From Octopus sinensis (taxonomy: Eukaryota): a stretch of 64,000 nucleotides of DNA. How positions within the stretch are numbered: position 1 is the stretch's first letter; every line of letters begins with the position of its first letter. Location: the NCBI RefSeq assembly GCF_006345805.1, contig NC_043021.1, forward strand, positions 7,688,001-7,752,000. Direction: 5' to 3'. A program made the position numbers and the translations under genes. Below, one piece after another: positions 1 to 12,097 of this stretch. The notes below the pieces were generated by a model. It worked only from the letters and a program-made list of their open reading frames with translations. It was not told where the DNA came from and searched no databases.

Positions 1-70
1 GCTCAGGCCAAATCATTCCAGCCCATGCCAGCATGGACAACAGACGTTAAATGATAATGATGATGATGAT
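1..70 (+). mobile_element. SINE-D 3' end with (GAT)n tail
   Basis: cccatgccagcatggacaacagacgttaaatgataatgatgatg matches the 3' end of other SINE-D copies (e.g. 2020-2071, 24575-24629). Confidence 0.75.
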
Positions 71-150
71 GATGATGGAGGTGGTGGTGATGACTTTTTT
101 TTATAAAATTAACAATTTTTTTTTGGCTTTTTCTAAAATATTGTAACCAT

Positions 151-548
151 AGGCGCAGGAGTGGCTGTGTGGTAAGTAGCTTGCTAACCAACCCATGGTT
201 CCGGGTTCAGTCCACTGCGTGGCATCTTGGGCAAGTGTCTTCTGCTATAGCCCCGGGCCGACCAATGCCTTGTGAGTGGATTTGGTAGACGGAAACTGAA
301 AGAAGCCTGTCGTATATATGTGTATATATATATATGTGTTGTGTTGTTTGTGTGTCTGTGTTTGTCCCCCTAGCATTGCTTGACAACCGATGCTGGTGTG
401 TTTACGTCCCCGTCACTTAGCGGTTCGGCAAAAGAGACTGATAGAATAAGTACTGGGCTTACAAAGAATAAGTCCTGGGGTCGATTTCCTCGACTAAAAG
501 GCGGTGCTCCAGCATGGCCGCAGTCAAATGACTGAAACAAGTAAAAAA
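151..548 (+). mobile_element. SINE-A, full length (tRNA-derived head, internal microsatellite)
   Basis: Pol III A-box-like tggctgtgtgg and B-box-like ggttcagtcc; central (TA)/(TG) tract; tail ggcggtgctccagcatggccgcagtcaaatgactgaaacaagtaaaa; many homologues in the window. Confidence 0.9.
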
Positions 549-671
549 AATAATAATATTTTAAATTGTCATCTAAAAATATTTTTCTGTTGATTTAGCT
601 GATTACAAACAAACTGTTATCAGAACGATGCCACTTTGAGCAGTTGATAATTCCTCCAATGTACTTTTATT

Positions 672-886
672 CTATAAATTAATGTTGGAATTATCTTTGA
701 TAGGAGTGTTATCTTTGAAATAGTCGCCTCTTATCATATATGGAATTTCACCATAAAATAATTTATTATCCCCTACTGAAGGCAACTCAATGAAAAACAG
801 CGGGAAGGATGTTGTATTTAATTCATCTATAACGAAATGGGGGGGGGGCTTTATATAGATAAAAGTTCTACTACTGTAGATTTCAT
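672..886 (-). CDS. Candidate terminal coding exon, product unknown
   Basis: Minus-strand acceptor ctctctcccccctctctctctcacacag; open frame (D)EIYSSRTFIYIKPPPHFVIDELNTTSFPLFFIELPSVGDNKLFYGEIPYMIRGDYFKDNTPIKDNSNINL*; AATAAA immediately after the TAG. No family recognised. Confidence 0.35.
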
Positions 887-920
887 CTGTGTGAGAGAGA
901 GAGGGGGGAGAGAGCTCTTT

Positions 921-1088
921 TATTTTTTTGCTTGTTTCGGTCATTTGACTGTGGCCATGCAAAAGTACTGCTTTGAAGGATTTTAGTTGAACAATTCAAT
1001 CCCAGGACTTCTTATTTTTAAGCCTAGTCATTCTATCAGTTTCTTAGCTGAACCGCTAAGTTATGGGGGATGTAAACACACCAACACC
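921..1088 (-). mobile_element. SINE-A 3' fragment (diverged)
   Basis: cttgtttcggtcatttgactgtggccatgc ... gaaccgctaagttatgggggatgtaaacacacc is the reverse complement of the SINE-A 3' half. Confidence 0.75.
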
Positions 1089-1389
1089 AGATAACTCAAG
1101 AACCGCTGGATGGATTCGGATGAAACTTTCAGGGATGTTTGGCCTTGTGACTGGCACGAACTGATTCAAATTTTGGGATCGATCTGGTACTGGAAAAGGA
1201 TTCTGGATTATTTTCCTAGTGTTTTTACTTAATTTTTGAGAGTAGTCAGGTTCATTTTTAGTATTCTCATTTGCAAGAGCACTCTAGTTTATTTCATATA
1301 TTCTCATTTTAAAAATCATCTCTGGATAATCGTTGAAAGGACATTGGTGTTGCCTTGGCAGGGGCTTGCACTCTCTGAGTGCTCTTGTT
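1089..1389 (+). mobile_element. Helentron-associated non-autonomous element (HINE-like), 5'-truncated
   Basis: gataactcaagaaccgctggatggattcggatgaaactttcaggg ... ttggcaggggcttgcactctctgagtgctcttgtt resembles the ggcggaggt-tgcgctctc-gagtgc-tagtt end of metazoan DINE-1/HINE-type elements (recognised from memory). Confidence 0.5.
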
Positions 1390-1633
1390 TACATATGTTT
1401 TTTGAAAAAGCCAACCTCAACGCTACGATGTTTTCATATTCACTCTTCAGAAGACTTTATCTTATTCGCCTCTTTGTAAGGGCATACTTTTATTCTTAAT
1501 AATTTTTACACCACCATTCTAACCTAATTTCACTCATCTATTTATATATGTATATTATATTTTTATATATTTGTGTATTTATGAACTTTTAATATGTTTT
1601 ACTCTGACAAATGAAGTGAGTTCATGGCTTACA

Positions 1634-2071
1634 GGACGGCCTACTGTGCTTACCTTGGATCGTAGGGCAACCTGCTGTGCTTAAGGAGACCTATTGAGTC
1701 AAATACATCAACATCAAAATAAAAATCAAATGGAAATTGTAGTTGTGATACCCGTGCCAGTGGCACGTAAAAAACACCATCCAAACGTGGCCAATGAAAG
1801 TGCCGCCTTGACTGGCATCTGCCAGTGGCACGTAAAAAGCACTAACTGATCATGGAGGTTGCCAGTCTCCTCTGGTCCCTGTGCAGGTGGCATGTAAAAA
1901 GCACCCACTACACTCATGGAGTGGTTGGCGTTAGAAAGAGCATCCAGCTGTAGAAACACTGCCAGATCAGACTGGAGCCTGGTACAGCCTCCTGGCTTCC
2001 CAGACCTCGGTCGAACTGTCCAACCCATGCTAGCATGGAAAACAGACATTAAACTATGATGATGATGATGA
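1634..2071 (+). mobile_element. SINE-D, longest copy in the window
   Basis: Internal repeats gtgccagtggcacgtaaaaagcac, core ggcgttagaaagagcatccagctgtagaaac, 3' ccatgctagcatggaaaa and (GAT)n tail. Confidence 0.85.
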
Positions 2072-2297
2072 TTTCAATGACTGATACCTTGCTATATTTT
2101 AAAGACTGATATGCATTGATCCTTGGCAGAATATATGTTTATTTAAATTGCTGAACCTATCTGAAATTCTCCTTAACATTTTTTTATACCTTTGCATCTT
2201 GGGTCTTTTATCTAAGCACTTCTGACTACTGCCTATACAATAAACAAAGAAACTTTACTATGTGTGTGTGTGTGTGTGTACGTAAACAGCATATTTC

Positions 2298-2443
2298 TTT
2301 CAGTTTCCATCTACCAAATCCAAAGCTTTGGTCAACCCGAGGCCATAGTAGAAGACACTAGCTCAAGGTGCCACGCAACAGGACTGAACCCGGAACCATA
2401 CGGTTAAAAAGCAAGCTTCTTACCACACACCCTTGCCTGCACT
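2298..2443 (-). mobile_element. SINE-A 5' half
   Basis: tttcagtttccatctaccaaatc ... gaagacactagctcaaggtgccacgc ... ttaccacac. Confidence 0.75.
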
Positions 2444-3026
2444 TATAATCGTAATAAGCGTAATATATTAATGCTAACATGCCTTCTGCAACTATTCAAA
2501 CATTTATTTTTAGTAATATGTCAAGATCAAAAGCTTTAATTAATAAAGTTACCACTTACTTGCATGTGCGTTAATCATACACCATGTTTAATATAACACA
2601 TATTTAGTTTTGCTGGGTAAATATAACCTGTGAACAAATCACATGTGCTTCGGCAAAAGGATTGCGTATATATTTATTAAACATATTTCATATGATTAAC
2701 ATACATGCTATTCATTTAATAATGACAGTGTGTTGGTATTTTTATACATACATGCCTTTTTGTCATTATCATAATCGTCATCATCTTTTAATGTCCATTT
2801 GTCATGCTGGCATGGAGTGGACAAAGTGACAAGATGCAACAGGTCAAGGACAGCATTGTGTTCCAGCATCTGCTTTGGTATGGTTGTCATGGCTGTATGT
2901 CTTTCCTAATGCCAACCATTTCAAAGAGTGTACTGGGGGAGGCATTGGTGTGAGTGCTGGTTCCATGTAAAAAGCACCCAGTACATTCTGTAAAGTGGTT
3001 GGCAGTAGAAGCAAAGCGAAAACTGA

Positions 3027-3276
3027 AAAGGTAGGAGAGTCCAGTTTGCTGGACATTGTTGTAGAGCTGAAAAAGAAGTAATTTCTACTCTCCTCCTCTG
3101 GAAGCCATCTACTCGCAATGCCAGAGGGCGCACACTCTCCTACGCTGATGTAATCTCCAGGGATACAGGCATCCAGCAACAGGACCTCCGTAATGCCATG
3201 GTGGACCGTGAAGTCTGGCGTAGCATGGTAAATTCCATTGTCTCGACCACGGTCGAACAATGATGATGATGATGAT
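3027..3276 (+). mobile_element. RTE-clade LINE 3' fragment (RTE-X-like) with (GAT)n tail
   Basis: Open frame KGRRVQFAGHCCRAEKEVISTLLLWKPSTRNARGRTLSYADVISRDTGIQQQDLRNAMVDREVWRSMVNSIVSTTVEQ*, which has the RTE C-terminal pattern AGH...LLW.P...RGR...Y.D....DTG......M.DR..WR. Confidence 0.8.
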
Positions 3277-3366
3277 GGAACTTAGTGTGGCCCCAGACCA
3301 AATCAGTTCCTATCAAACCATCCAACCTATGTCAGCATGGAAAATATACATTAAATGTTGATGATA

Positions 3367-3525
3367 TAGGTGTAGGAGTGGCGGTGTGGTAAGTAGCTTG
3401 CTTACGAACCACATGGTTCCGGGTTCAGTCCCACTGCATGGCACTTTGGGCAAGTGTCTTCTACTATAGCCTCAGGCCAACCAAAGCCTTGTGAGTGGAT
3501 TTGGTAGAAGGAAACTGAAAGCCCG

Positions 3526-3594
<69 letters not shown>

Positions 3595-3797
3595 AGTTTG
3601 TGTGTCTGTGTTTGTCCCCCAACATCGCTTGACAACCGATGCTGGTGTGTTTACATCCCCGTAACTTTGCGGTTTGGCAAAAGAGACCGATAGAATAAGT
3701 ACTAGGCTTACAAAGAATAAGTCCTGGGGTCGATTTGTTAGACTAAAGGCGGTGATCCAGCATGGCCACAGTCAAATGACTGAAACAAGTAAAAGAG
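3367..3797 (+). mobile_element. SINE-A, full length
   Basis: Colinear with 151-548; central (TA)n(TG)n tract. Confidence 0.9.
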
Positions 3798-3874
3798 ATA
3801 ATGCTAATATATGCAAACATGTATGCGTACTTATGTATACACACATATAAATACACACACACACACACTTAAGT

Positions 3875-4075
3875 GAAAGCACATGGCCAAGAAGTTATAG
3901 TGTTGTGCTCAATTATTAGGTCACAGTTTGATTCTCAAACCAGATGTTGCCTTGAATCCTTGAGCAAGATACTTCATCTCACATTGTTCCAGTATACTTA
4001 AATGAAAATCAGTCTGTCCCAGTGACACCTGCGGATTAACTCTCTGACAGATTGGCATCCTATTCAAGAGCTAAT
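3875..4075 (+). mobile_element. Old degenerate SINE related to SINE-C
   Basis: tccttgagcaagatacttcatctcacattgttccagt resembles SINE-C gtccttgagcaagacactttatttcacgttgctccagt. Confidence 0.4.
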
Positions 4076-4355
4076 CTAATCTTGTACTCTCAACTTCAAA
4101 CACCTTTAAAATCTTGAATATTCCCCAGTTCCATGAACATACCTGCTCAAGGGAAATGTAAATCTTAGGAAATGCAACTAAAAGGTTACGAGCAATTAGC
4201 AACAGAAACAATCCAACAAGTTCATTATCAATCATTGTTTTAACACCCACTTTTCCATGCTTTCATGGGTCAGAGTTTACTGAGGCAGATTTTCTATAGC
4301 TGGATGCTCTTGCTGCTGCCAACTCTTATCTGTTTCCAAATAAGGTAATATTTCT

Positions 4356-4758
4356 TATTTCTTTATTGCCTACAAGGGGCTACACATAGAGGTGACAAAC
4401 AGATTAAGTCGATTATATCGACCCCAGTGCGTAACTGGTATTTATTTAATCGACCCCTGAAAGGATGAAAGGCAAAGTTGACCTCAGCGGAATTTGAACT
4501 CAGAACGTAGCGGCAGATGAAATACTTATTTCTTTACTACCCACAAGGGGCTAAACACAGAAGGGACAAACAAGGACAGACAAACGGATTAAGTCGATTA
4601 TATCGGCCCCAGTGCGTAACTGGTACTTAATTTATCGACCCCGAAAGGATGAAAGGCAAAGTCGACCTTGGCGGAATTTGAACTCAGAACGTAACGGCAG
4701 ATGAAATCCGGCTACACATTTCGCCCGGAGTGCTAACGTTTCAGCCAGCTCGCCGCCC
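4356..4758 (-). mobile_element. SINE-B dimer
   Basis: A full SINE-B joined at about 4525 to a second headless unit; aataaggtaatatttct is duplicated at 4339-4355 and 4773-4789. Confidence 0.85.
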
Positions 4759-5166
4759 TAATAAGGTTTCAAAATAAGGTAATATTTCTCTATGGCTAGA
4801 TATGTTCTTGCAGAATATCCGAAATGAATTTCGCTGATTGTATGATAGTGACAATCATTTTATTAGTCTGTTGCTATAGTAGAAGACACTTGCCCAAAGT
4901 GACACAAAGTGGGACTGAACCCAGAATCAGGTGATTGCAAAGCAAGCCTTTTACCATGGGATGTCAAAACAAGAAGATACACACACAACGCACACACAAC
5001 GCACACACACAAACAGAGTTCTTTCTGTTTCTGTCTATCAAATCCTCAACAAGTCTCGGGTCAGCCTGGAGCTACAGCAGAAAACACTTGCCTAAGGCGC
5101 CGCCAAGCCATGGCACTGAATCTTGAAACAATGTGGTTGAGAAGCAAGTTTCTCAACCACACAAAT

Positions 5167-5495
5167 TAATTAAAGACTCCGCCGGTTACGACGACGAGGG
5201 TCCCAGCTGATACAATCAACAGAACAGCTTGCTCGTGAAATTAACGTGCAAATGGCTGAGCATTCCACAGACACGTGTACCCTTAACGTAGTTCTCGGGG
5301 ATAATCAGCGTGACACAGAGAGTGACACGGCTGACCCTTTGAAATACAAGTACAACTCATTTTTGCCAGCTGAGTGGACTGGAGCAACGTGAAATAAAGT
5401 GTCTTGCTCAAGGACACAACGCGTCGCCGGGAATCGAACTCACAACCTTACGATCATGAGCCGAATGCCCTAACCACTAAGCCACGCGCCCTCAC
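5167..5495 (-). mobile_element. SINE-C, full length, inserted in a SINE-A head
   Basis: Minus-strand tRNA-like head (tggcttagtgg, gagttcgattccc); TSD accacacaaat at 5156-5166 and 5496-5506. Confidence 0.9.
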
Positions 5496-5955
5496 ACCAC
5501 ACAAATAATGCCTCTAGCTATCCGTAGATTAAATATAATGCTAAAAATAAAAAGAAGTTAAAATTAAGAACAAGACGCAAGATTTTGGTCAGCGTCTGCA
5601 GATATATATTAATATGTATTCATAAGTGAATTTCAAGAAGATATATATAATAAGTGATGACGGTGGTGAAGGTGATGACAGAGGGGTACACAAGAATAGG
5701 ATTGTAATTCCAGGTTAGTCAACAACGAATCAATAAGTTCAGTAAATGCACTTGGCAAAGTTGCCAGCAGCACAAGCAGCTGAGTGCTTAAAGTTCACTG
5801 GAAATAGATAAAGCTTGTGATCTCCATGACCTAGTGATCTAATAGTGAGGACAGAGCAAGTTGATAACACAGGAATTGCAATACTTAAGTGGCAGCTACA
5901 AGAAGCTTAACAACTGTCTCGCCTACACATGGCGAAAGGATGCTTTGTTTATATA

Positions 5956-5994
<39 letters not shown>

Positions 5995-6223
5995 AATTGA
6001 AAAATAGGATAAAATCTTTATAAGAATTTATCAAGTAGTTAGTGTCAAAAACCTCATAAGGGAAAAATCTATCAATTATTCCTCTTAAATATATTTGTAT
6101 TAAGGGCATTACTATACATAAATGCCCTTAATATAAATAAATATATATATATATTGTTATATTTCGGAATGGTCATTTTGCCAGTTTAGCCAATAAACAA
6201 TCTTGCACAACAAATATATAAAC

Positions 6224-6255
<32 letters not shown>

Positions 6256-6257
<2 letters not shown>

Positions 6258-6368
6258 TAAGCAATAAAGGGTTTAGCAACGAATTGCCTTACCACATACC
6301 GAATTTAGAAATAGCAGTCAAAGAGTTATAGCTATTTCTTCTACTAAAAAGGGAGATCTCAGTAAAAA
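6256..6368 (+). repeat. Unclassified dispersed repeat (second copy inverted at 61345-61457)
   Basis: actaagcaataaagggtttagcaacgaattgccttaccacataccgaatttagaaatagcagtcaaagagttatagcta...gagatctcagtaaaa aligns to the reverse complement of 61345-61457. Confidence 0.7.
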
Positions 6369-6420
6369 CAGCAATTGGAAGGCAGACACAAACAGGTATA
6401 TATATATATATATATATATA

Positions 6421-6620
6421 TTCTTTTATTTGTTTCAGTCATTTGACTGTGGCCATGCTGGAGCACCACCTTTAGTCGAACAAATTGACCCCAGAACTTA
6501 TTCTTTGAAAGCCTTGTACTTATTCTGTTGGTCTCTTTTGCCAACCCACTAATTTACGGGGATGTAAACACACCAACATCGGTTGTCAAGCAATGGCGGG
6601 GAGACAAACACAGACACAAA
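6421..6620 (-). mobile_element. SINE-A 3' half
   Basis: ttgtttcagtcatttgactgtggccatgctggagcacc ... ggttgtcaagcaatgg. Confidence 0.85.
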
Positions 6621-6860
6621 CATAATTATAGGTTTCTAAATGAAAGTAAACTTAATTAGAATAAATTAATCACATTGATATTCTACTGAACTCTTTTGTT
6701 GATAGAAATGTTCTTCATAAATTTTAGTCTATTTAGTAAAAAGAAGAAAAAAAACAAAAAACACAACTTTATTTAACTTTTAAAATCCAATAACATTTTC
6801 TACTTCTATTAAATTGTAAAAACTCCATTGCCCCTCCTTGGACTTTCAAGTCCTGATGGA

Positions 6861-6963
6861 ATCATCATCATCATTGTTCGACCGTGGTCGAGACAATGGA
6901 ATTTACCATGCTACGCCAGACTTCAAGGTCCATCATAGCATTACGGAGGTCCTGTTGCTGGAT
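6861..6963 (-). mobile_element. Short second copy of the RTE 3' end at 3027-3276
   Basis: atcatcatcatcattgttcgaccgtggtcgagacaatggaatttaccatgctacgccagacttca is the reverse complement of about 3175-3270. Confidence 0.85.
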
Positions 6964-7353
6964 GGAATCTTAGAGATACTGGATTTGAACTTTGAAAGTT
7001 TAAATCCAATAGGAGAGGGGGGGGCGAGGTCCATTCCACCCCATCCCTGAAAACAACTGATGTCTTCCAGAGAGAGAGAAGAGAGGAAGAGAGAACAGAA
7101 AGAAGGAAAAAGAAGGAAGAAAGATAAAAGAAGAAAGATAAAAGAAGAAAGAAAAAGAAGGAAACTCCAAAAGGACAGAAGACAAAACTGAACTCAAACT
7201 GTCATCAAATCCACTCACAAGGCTTTGGTAAACCCAGTGCTATTGTAGAAGACACTAAAACACTTGCCCAAGGTACCTCACTCAAGACCACACAGATGGA
7301 AAGCAAGCTTTTCAACCACACAGCCACATGCATTGTTTGACTCATACACTCTT

Positions 7354-7770
7354 ATTTCTTTACTGCCCACAAGGGGCTAAACACAGAGGGGACAAACAAG
7401 GACAGACAAACGGACTAAGTCAATTATATCGACTCCGGTGCATAACTGGTACTTATTTAATCGACCCCCGAAAGGATGAAAGGCAAAGTCGACCTCGGTG
7501 GAATTTGAACTCAGAACGTAGCGGCAGATGAAATACCTATTTCTTTATTACCCACAAGGGGCTAAACATAGAGGGGACAAACAAGGACAGACAAACGGAC
7601 TAAGTCAATTATATCGACTCCGGTGCATAACTGGTACTTATTTAATCGACCCCTGAAAGGATGAAAGGCAAAGTCGACCTCGGTGGAATTTGAACTCAGA
7701 ACGTAACGGCAGATGAAATACCACTAAGCATTTCGCCCGGCGTGCTAACGTTTCTGCCAGCTCATCGCCT
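7354..7770 (-). mobile_element. SINE-B dimer
   Basis: Two units joined at about 7537; a single 16-bp TSD tgactcatacactctt at 7338-7353 and 7771-7786. Confidence 0.9.
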
Positions 7771-8194
7771 TGACTCATACACTCTTGGAAAGTACTAGAA
7801 TGACATTCTGCAATGTGGGGAAAAGTCCATTTAAGGCACAAGAGGTAAGGACCCACTGCTTTATAGAATGTAAATGACAAGAGTCTTTGTCTCTTACACA
7901 CACACATACACACACACTGGTGGCAAAATGGTAAGTTATAAGACCTAATCTATTTCTTCTTTACATCCATCTGTTTTTCATCTCCAGCTTGATAGCTTCG
8001 ACTTTAAATCCTACAAAACCCTCCACAACAATCACTGTCTTTCCTAAATTACCTTCTCTCTGTTTTAAGAGATAACGAGTCATCTTTCTGTAGAACCTAT
8101 TTCTCAGGGGTACCCTAACTCACACTGAAGCTCATTCTAGAAGATTCACAGGTTCCCATATCAACTGTAGAAACCATGCTTTAACTGTATCTTT

Positions 8195-8812
8195 TTGTCT
8201 TTTGCTTGTTTCAGTCATTAGACTGTGGCCTTGCTGGGGCACTACCTTGAAGAATGTTTAATTGAATGCCCTGACCATAGCACTTGTTTTTTTCTTTTTT
8301 AAGCCTGGTGCTTATTCTATTGGTCTCTTTTGCAAAACTGCTAAGTTACCAGGATGTAAACACATCAACACCGGTTATCAAGTAGTGGTGAGGAGGGACA
8401 AACACAGACACAAAACACACACACACTCACACATGACGGGATTCTTTCAGTTACCATATACCAAACCAACTCAAAAGGTTTTGGTCGACCTGAGGCCACA
8501 GTAGAAGGCAACACACAATGGGATTGAACCCAAAACCATGTTGTTGGAAGCAAGCTTCTTATTTCTTTATTGCCCACAAGGGGCTAAACATAGAGGGGAC
8601 AAACAAGGACAACAAAGGAATTGAGTCAATTACAGCGACCCCAGGGCGCAACTGGTATTTATTTTATCGACCCCAAAAGGATGAAAGGCAAAGTCGACCT
8701 CGGCGGAATTTGAACTCAGAACATAGTGACAAAGGAAATACCACTAAGCATTTCGCCCAGTATGCTAATGTTTCTGCCATCTCGCCGCTTCTTACCACAC
8801 AGCCACGCCTGT
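8195..8812 (-). mobile_element. SINE-A (older) interrupted by SINE-B
   Basis: SINE-A tail-to-head homology resumes after 8786 (cttaccacacagccacgcct). Confidence 0.8.
8562..8786 (-). mobile_element. SINE-B
   Basis: TSD gcttctta at 8554-8561 and 8787-8794. Confidence 0.85.
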
Positions 8813-9359
8813 GCCTTATGTAAATAAATGTAACTAAAATTACTTCAAGTACTTCACTAAGCTTAGGGGTTTTTAGCAGCATTGTTTGTGAGCAATAAAT
8901 ATAAACAAGCCACAACTATCATTCACCACCCATCGTACACACAATGTTGTTTGCATGAAGTCTGCCACAAAAACAACTGGGTTGGTTTCTCAACATGTCA
9001 TAACACGCCCCACATTGAATGTAAACAAACAGCTTCGTTATTCATAGAAAAAAAGCATCATTTGTTTACAGTTCTAAACAAAAACATGCCCAGAGCTGAT
9101 TGATGTTTGATAGCCCAGGTGATTATTAACCTTTATCAGAAACAAGTGAGGGTTGGTATCACGAAAGGTATCTGATCATAGAAACCTCTGCCTTAATGTA
9201 GTCTTGTCTGATCTTTGCAAGCGTGTAGAAGTAAACATTGGATTGATGATGATGATGATGATGACAACAATGACAAGTTGCCTCCCTCCAATAATTAATG
9301 AGGGTTTTTACTTTTGAACAAGGATGCAAAATCCAAAGATATATCAGTGAGTTCATCAC

Positions 9360-9785
9360 GTGGTACCAACATTGGTGCTTTTTATGTGGCACCAGCACCA
9401 GTGCCTTTTACATGGTACCAACTTTGGTGCTTTTTACATGGTACCAGCATTGGTGCTTTTTATGTGGCACCAGCACCTTTTACGCAGTACCAGCATTGGT
9501 GCTTTTTACATGGTACCAGCATTGGTGCTTTTTATGTGGCACCAGCATGGTACCAGCATTGGAGCTTTTTACATGGTACCAGCACCAGTGCTTTTTACAT
9601 GGTACCAGCATTGGTGCTTCTTATGTGGCACCAGCATTGGTGCTTTTTACATGGTACCAGCACCAGTGCTTTTTACACGGTACCAGCATTGGTGCTTTTT
9701 ACACAACACCAGCACCAGTACGTTTTATGTGACACCATCACTAGTACTTTTTACAATGTTCCTGCACCAGTGCTTTTTGTGTGGC
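9360..9785. repeat. 26-bp minisatellite (about 16 units) derived from the SINE-D internal motif
   Basis: Units such as tggtaccagcattggtgctttttaca / tggcaccagcaccagtgctttttatg; no unique spacers. Confidence 0.9.
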
Positions 9786-10960
9786 TCTCTGGTTTTAGGA
9801 TATCAATTCTGTTGTGGCAGTCCAGCCTTCTTCAGTACAGTAATCCACCATATATCTCAGTCTTTTGCTATCTTCTTCATAAGGCTCCATGTTTTTAGAT
9901 CAACCTTCAATACTTAGTTCCATGTCTTCCTCCGTCTCCCTCTTCCACAACTTCCGCTCACTTACTTTTCACATCTCTAAGGTAATTAACACACAAAAAT
10001 GTGTCATTAATAAACATTAGGCTTCACCCATAACACTCACCATAGGCCATAAGAATGATTGGGCTGCTAAAAGTTGACTCATTGAATTCGATAGAAAAAT
10101 CAGTACATCCTCATACCACGGCTTCCTCTGCATAATCAGCCATCCATGTATCATAACACTGTTATTTATTCGCACTTACTGACACACCTTTTACAACAGG
10201 CTGAGTGTCTTTCTTCATAATAGTTTTAACCCTTTTCTTATCATTTTTCTGTTGAAATACACTTCCTTTCTTTCAGTTAATTTTTAAAATAAAATTTAAT
10301 AAAACATCGTTTCGGCATTTGGAACATAAACTAGTTTCAAATTTTGCCACAAGGCCAGCAATTTCAGGGGATGAAGTACGACCCCAGTGCTCACCTGGCA
10401 CATATTCTATTGACCTTGAAAGGATGGAAGGTAAGGTTGACCTCAGTGGAATTTGAACTTAGAACATAAAGATGGACAAAATGTTACTAAGCATTCTTCC
10501 AGTCAAGGCTATAGTAGAAGAAATTTGCCCAAGGTGCCATGCAGTGAGATTGAACTCAGAACCATGTGGTTGGTAAGCAAGCTACTTACCACATAGCCAC
10601 TCCTGCACCTATATATATATATATATGATGGGCTTCTACATATTTTCCATCAACTATATTCACTTATGGAGCATTGGTTAGCCCACGGAGCTATAGTAGA
10701 AGACACTTGCCCAAGGTGCCATGGAGTGGGACTGAATCCAAAAATGTGGGAGCAACACAAGCTTCTGACCTACACAGCTACACCTAACGAGCATTAGAAA
10801 AAAACAAATAATTAGAACACATGAATGAAGAAAATCAATTCCTTCCTGCGGAAACAGGTATTACATACAATAAGTCTTGTGATTTCAGCTAATAAATTAT
10901 TATAACTATATTATAATGCTTTCGGAAATGATATAAAAGAAAATTAGTTTATATATATAT

Positions 10961-11355
10961 CTCTTTTACTTGTTTCAGTCATTTGACTGCGGCCATGCTG
11001 GAGCACCGCCTTTAATCGAGCAACTCGACCCCGGGACTTATTTTTTTTGTAAGCCCAGTACTTATTCTATCGGTCTCTTTTGCCGAACCGCTAAGTAACG
11101 GGGACATAAACACACCAGCATCGGTTGTCAAGCAATGCCAGGGGGAGACACACAGACACACAAACACACACACATATATATATATACATATATACGACGG
11201 GCTTCTTTCAGTTTCCGTCTACCAAATCCACTCACAAGGCTTTGGTCGGCCCGAGGCTATAGTAGAAGACACTTGCCCAAGGTGCCACGCAGTGGGACTG
11301 AACCCGGAACCCTGTGGTTGATAAACAAGCTACTTACCACACAGCCACTCCTGCA

Positions 11356-11359
<4 letters not shown>
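10961..11359 (-). mobile_element. SINE-A, full length, young
   Basis: Near-consensus with CpGs retained. Confidence 0.92.
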
Positions 11360-11433
<74 letters not shown>

Positions 11434-11484
11434 AAACCAGAAGTGTATAAGAGCAAATTGTGTTTATATCATTTTATGTAGATA

Positions 11485-12097
11485 TAGGTGTAGGCACGGC
11501 TGTGTGGTAAGTAGCTTGCTTCGCAACCACATGGTTCCAGATTCAGTCCCACTGTGTGGCACCTTGGACAAGTGTCTTCTATTATAGCCTCAGGCCGCCC
11601 AAAGCTTTGTAAGTGGATTTGGTAGACAGAAACTGAAAGAAGGGCGGTGAGCTGGCAAAAACGTTAGCACGCCGGGCAAATGCTTAGCGGTATTTCGTCT
11701 GCCATTATACGTTCTGAGTTCAAATTCCGCCGAGGTAGACTTTGCCTTTCATCTTTTCAGGGTCAATAAATTAAGTACCAGTTACGCCCTGTGGTTGATA
11801 TAATCAACTTAATCCCTTTGTCTGTCCTTGTTTGTCCCCTCTATGTTTAGCCCCTAGTGGGCAATAAAGAAATAAGAAACTGAAAGAAACCTGTTGTATG
11901 TGTGTGTGTGTGTTTGTTCCCCCACCACTGCTTGACAATCGGTGTTGGTGTGTTTATGCCCCTATAACTTAGTGGTTTGGCAAAAAGAGACTGATAGAAT
12001 AAGTACCGGGATCAATTCGTTTGACTAAAAACTCTTCCAGGCAGTGCCCCAGCATGGCCGCAGTCTGCCGGCTGAAACAAGTAGAAGATAAAAGATA
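11485..12097 (+). mobile_element. SINE-A interrupted by SINE-B
   Basis: SINE-A halves flank the insertion at 11642-11873. Confidence 0.85.
11642..11873 (+). mobile_element. SINE-B, full length
   Basis: Head ggcggtgagctggcaaaaacgttagc, B-box gagttcaaattcc, tail aaagaaat; TSD agaaactgaaagaa. Confidence 0.9.

Noticed and set aside
151-230. tRNA gene
   Set aside because: The A/B-box head runs directly into a multi-copy SINE body and no complete cloverleaf is evident; the same holds for SINE-B and SINE-C heads.
1236-1499. ORFs overlapping SINE/HINE copies (e.g. 1236-1499, 1726-2049, 11135-11587, 24153-24578)
   Set aside because: Incidental frames within non-coding repeats.
5690-5810. Leucine-rich minus-strand frame (TQLLVLLATLPSAFTELIDSLLTNLELQSY)
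   Set aside because: The best acceptor is followed by an in-frame TGA and there is no good donor; similar short protein-looking frames at 40.9, 50.9 and 62.8 kb were also not supportable.
9298-9917. Repetitive ORFs or CRISPR-like array
   Set aside because: Contiguous 26-bp units without unique spacers, no cas genes, eukaryotic context; the same applies to 48467-49112 and 35241-35583.
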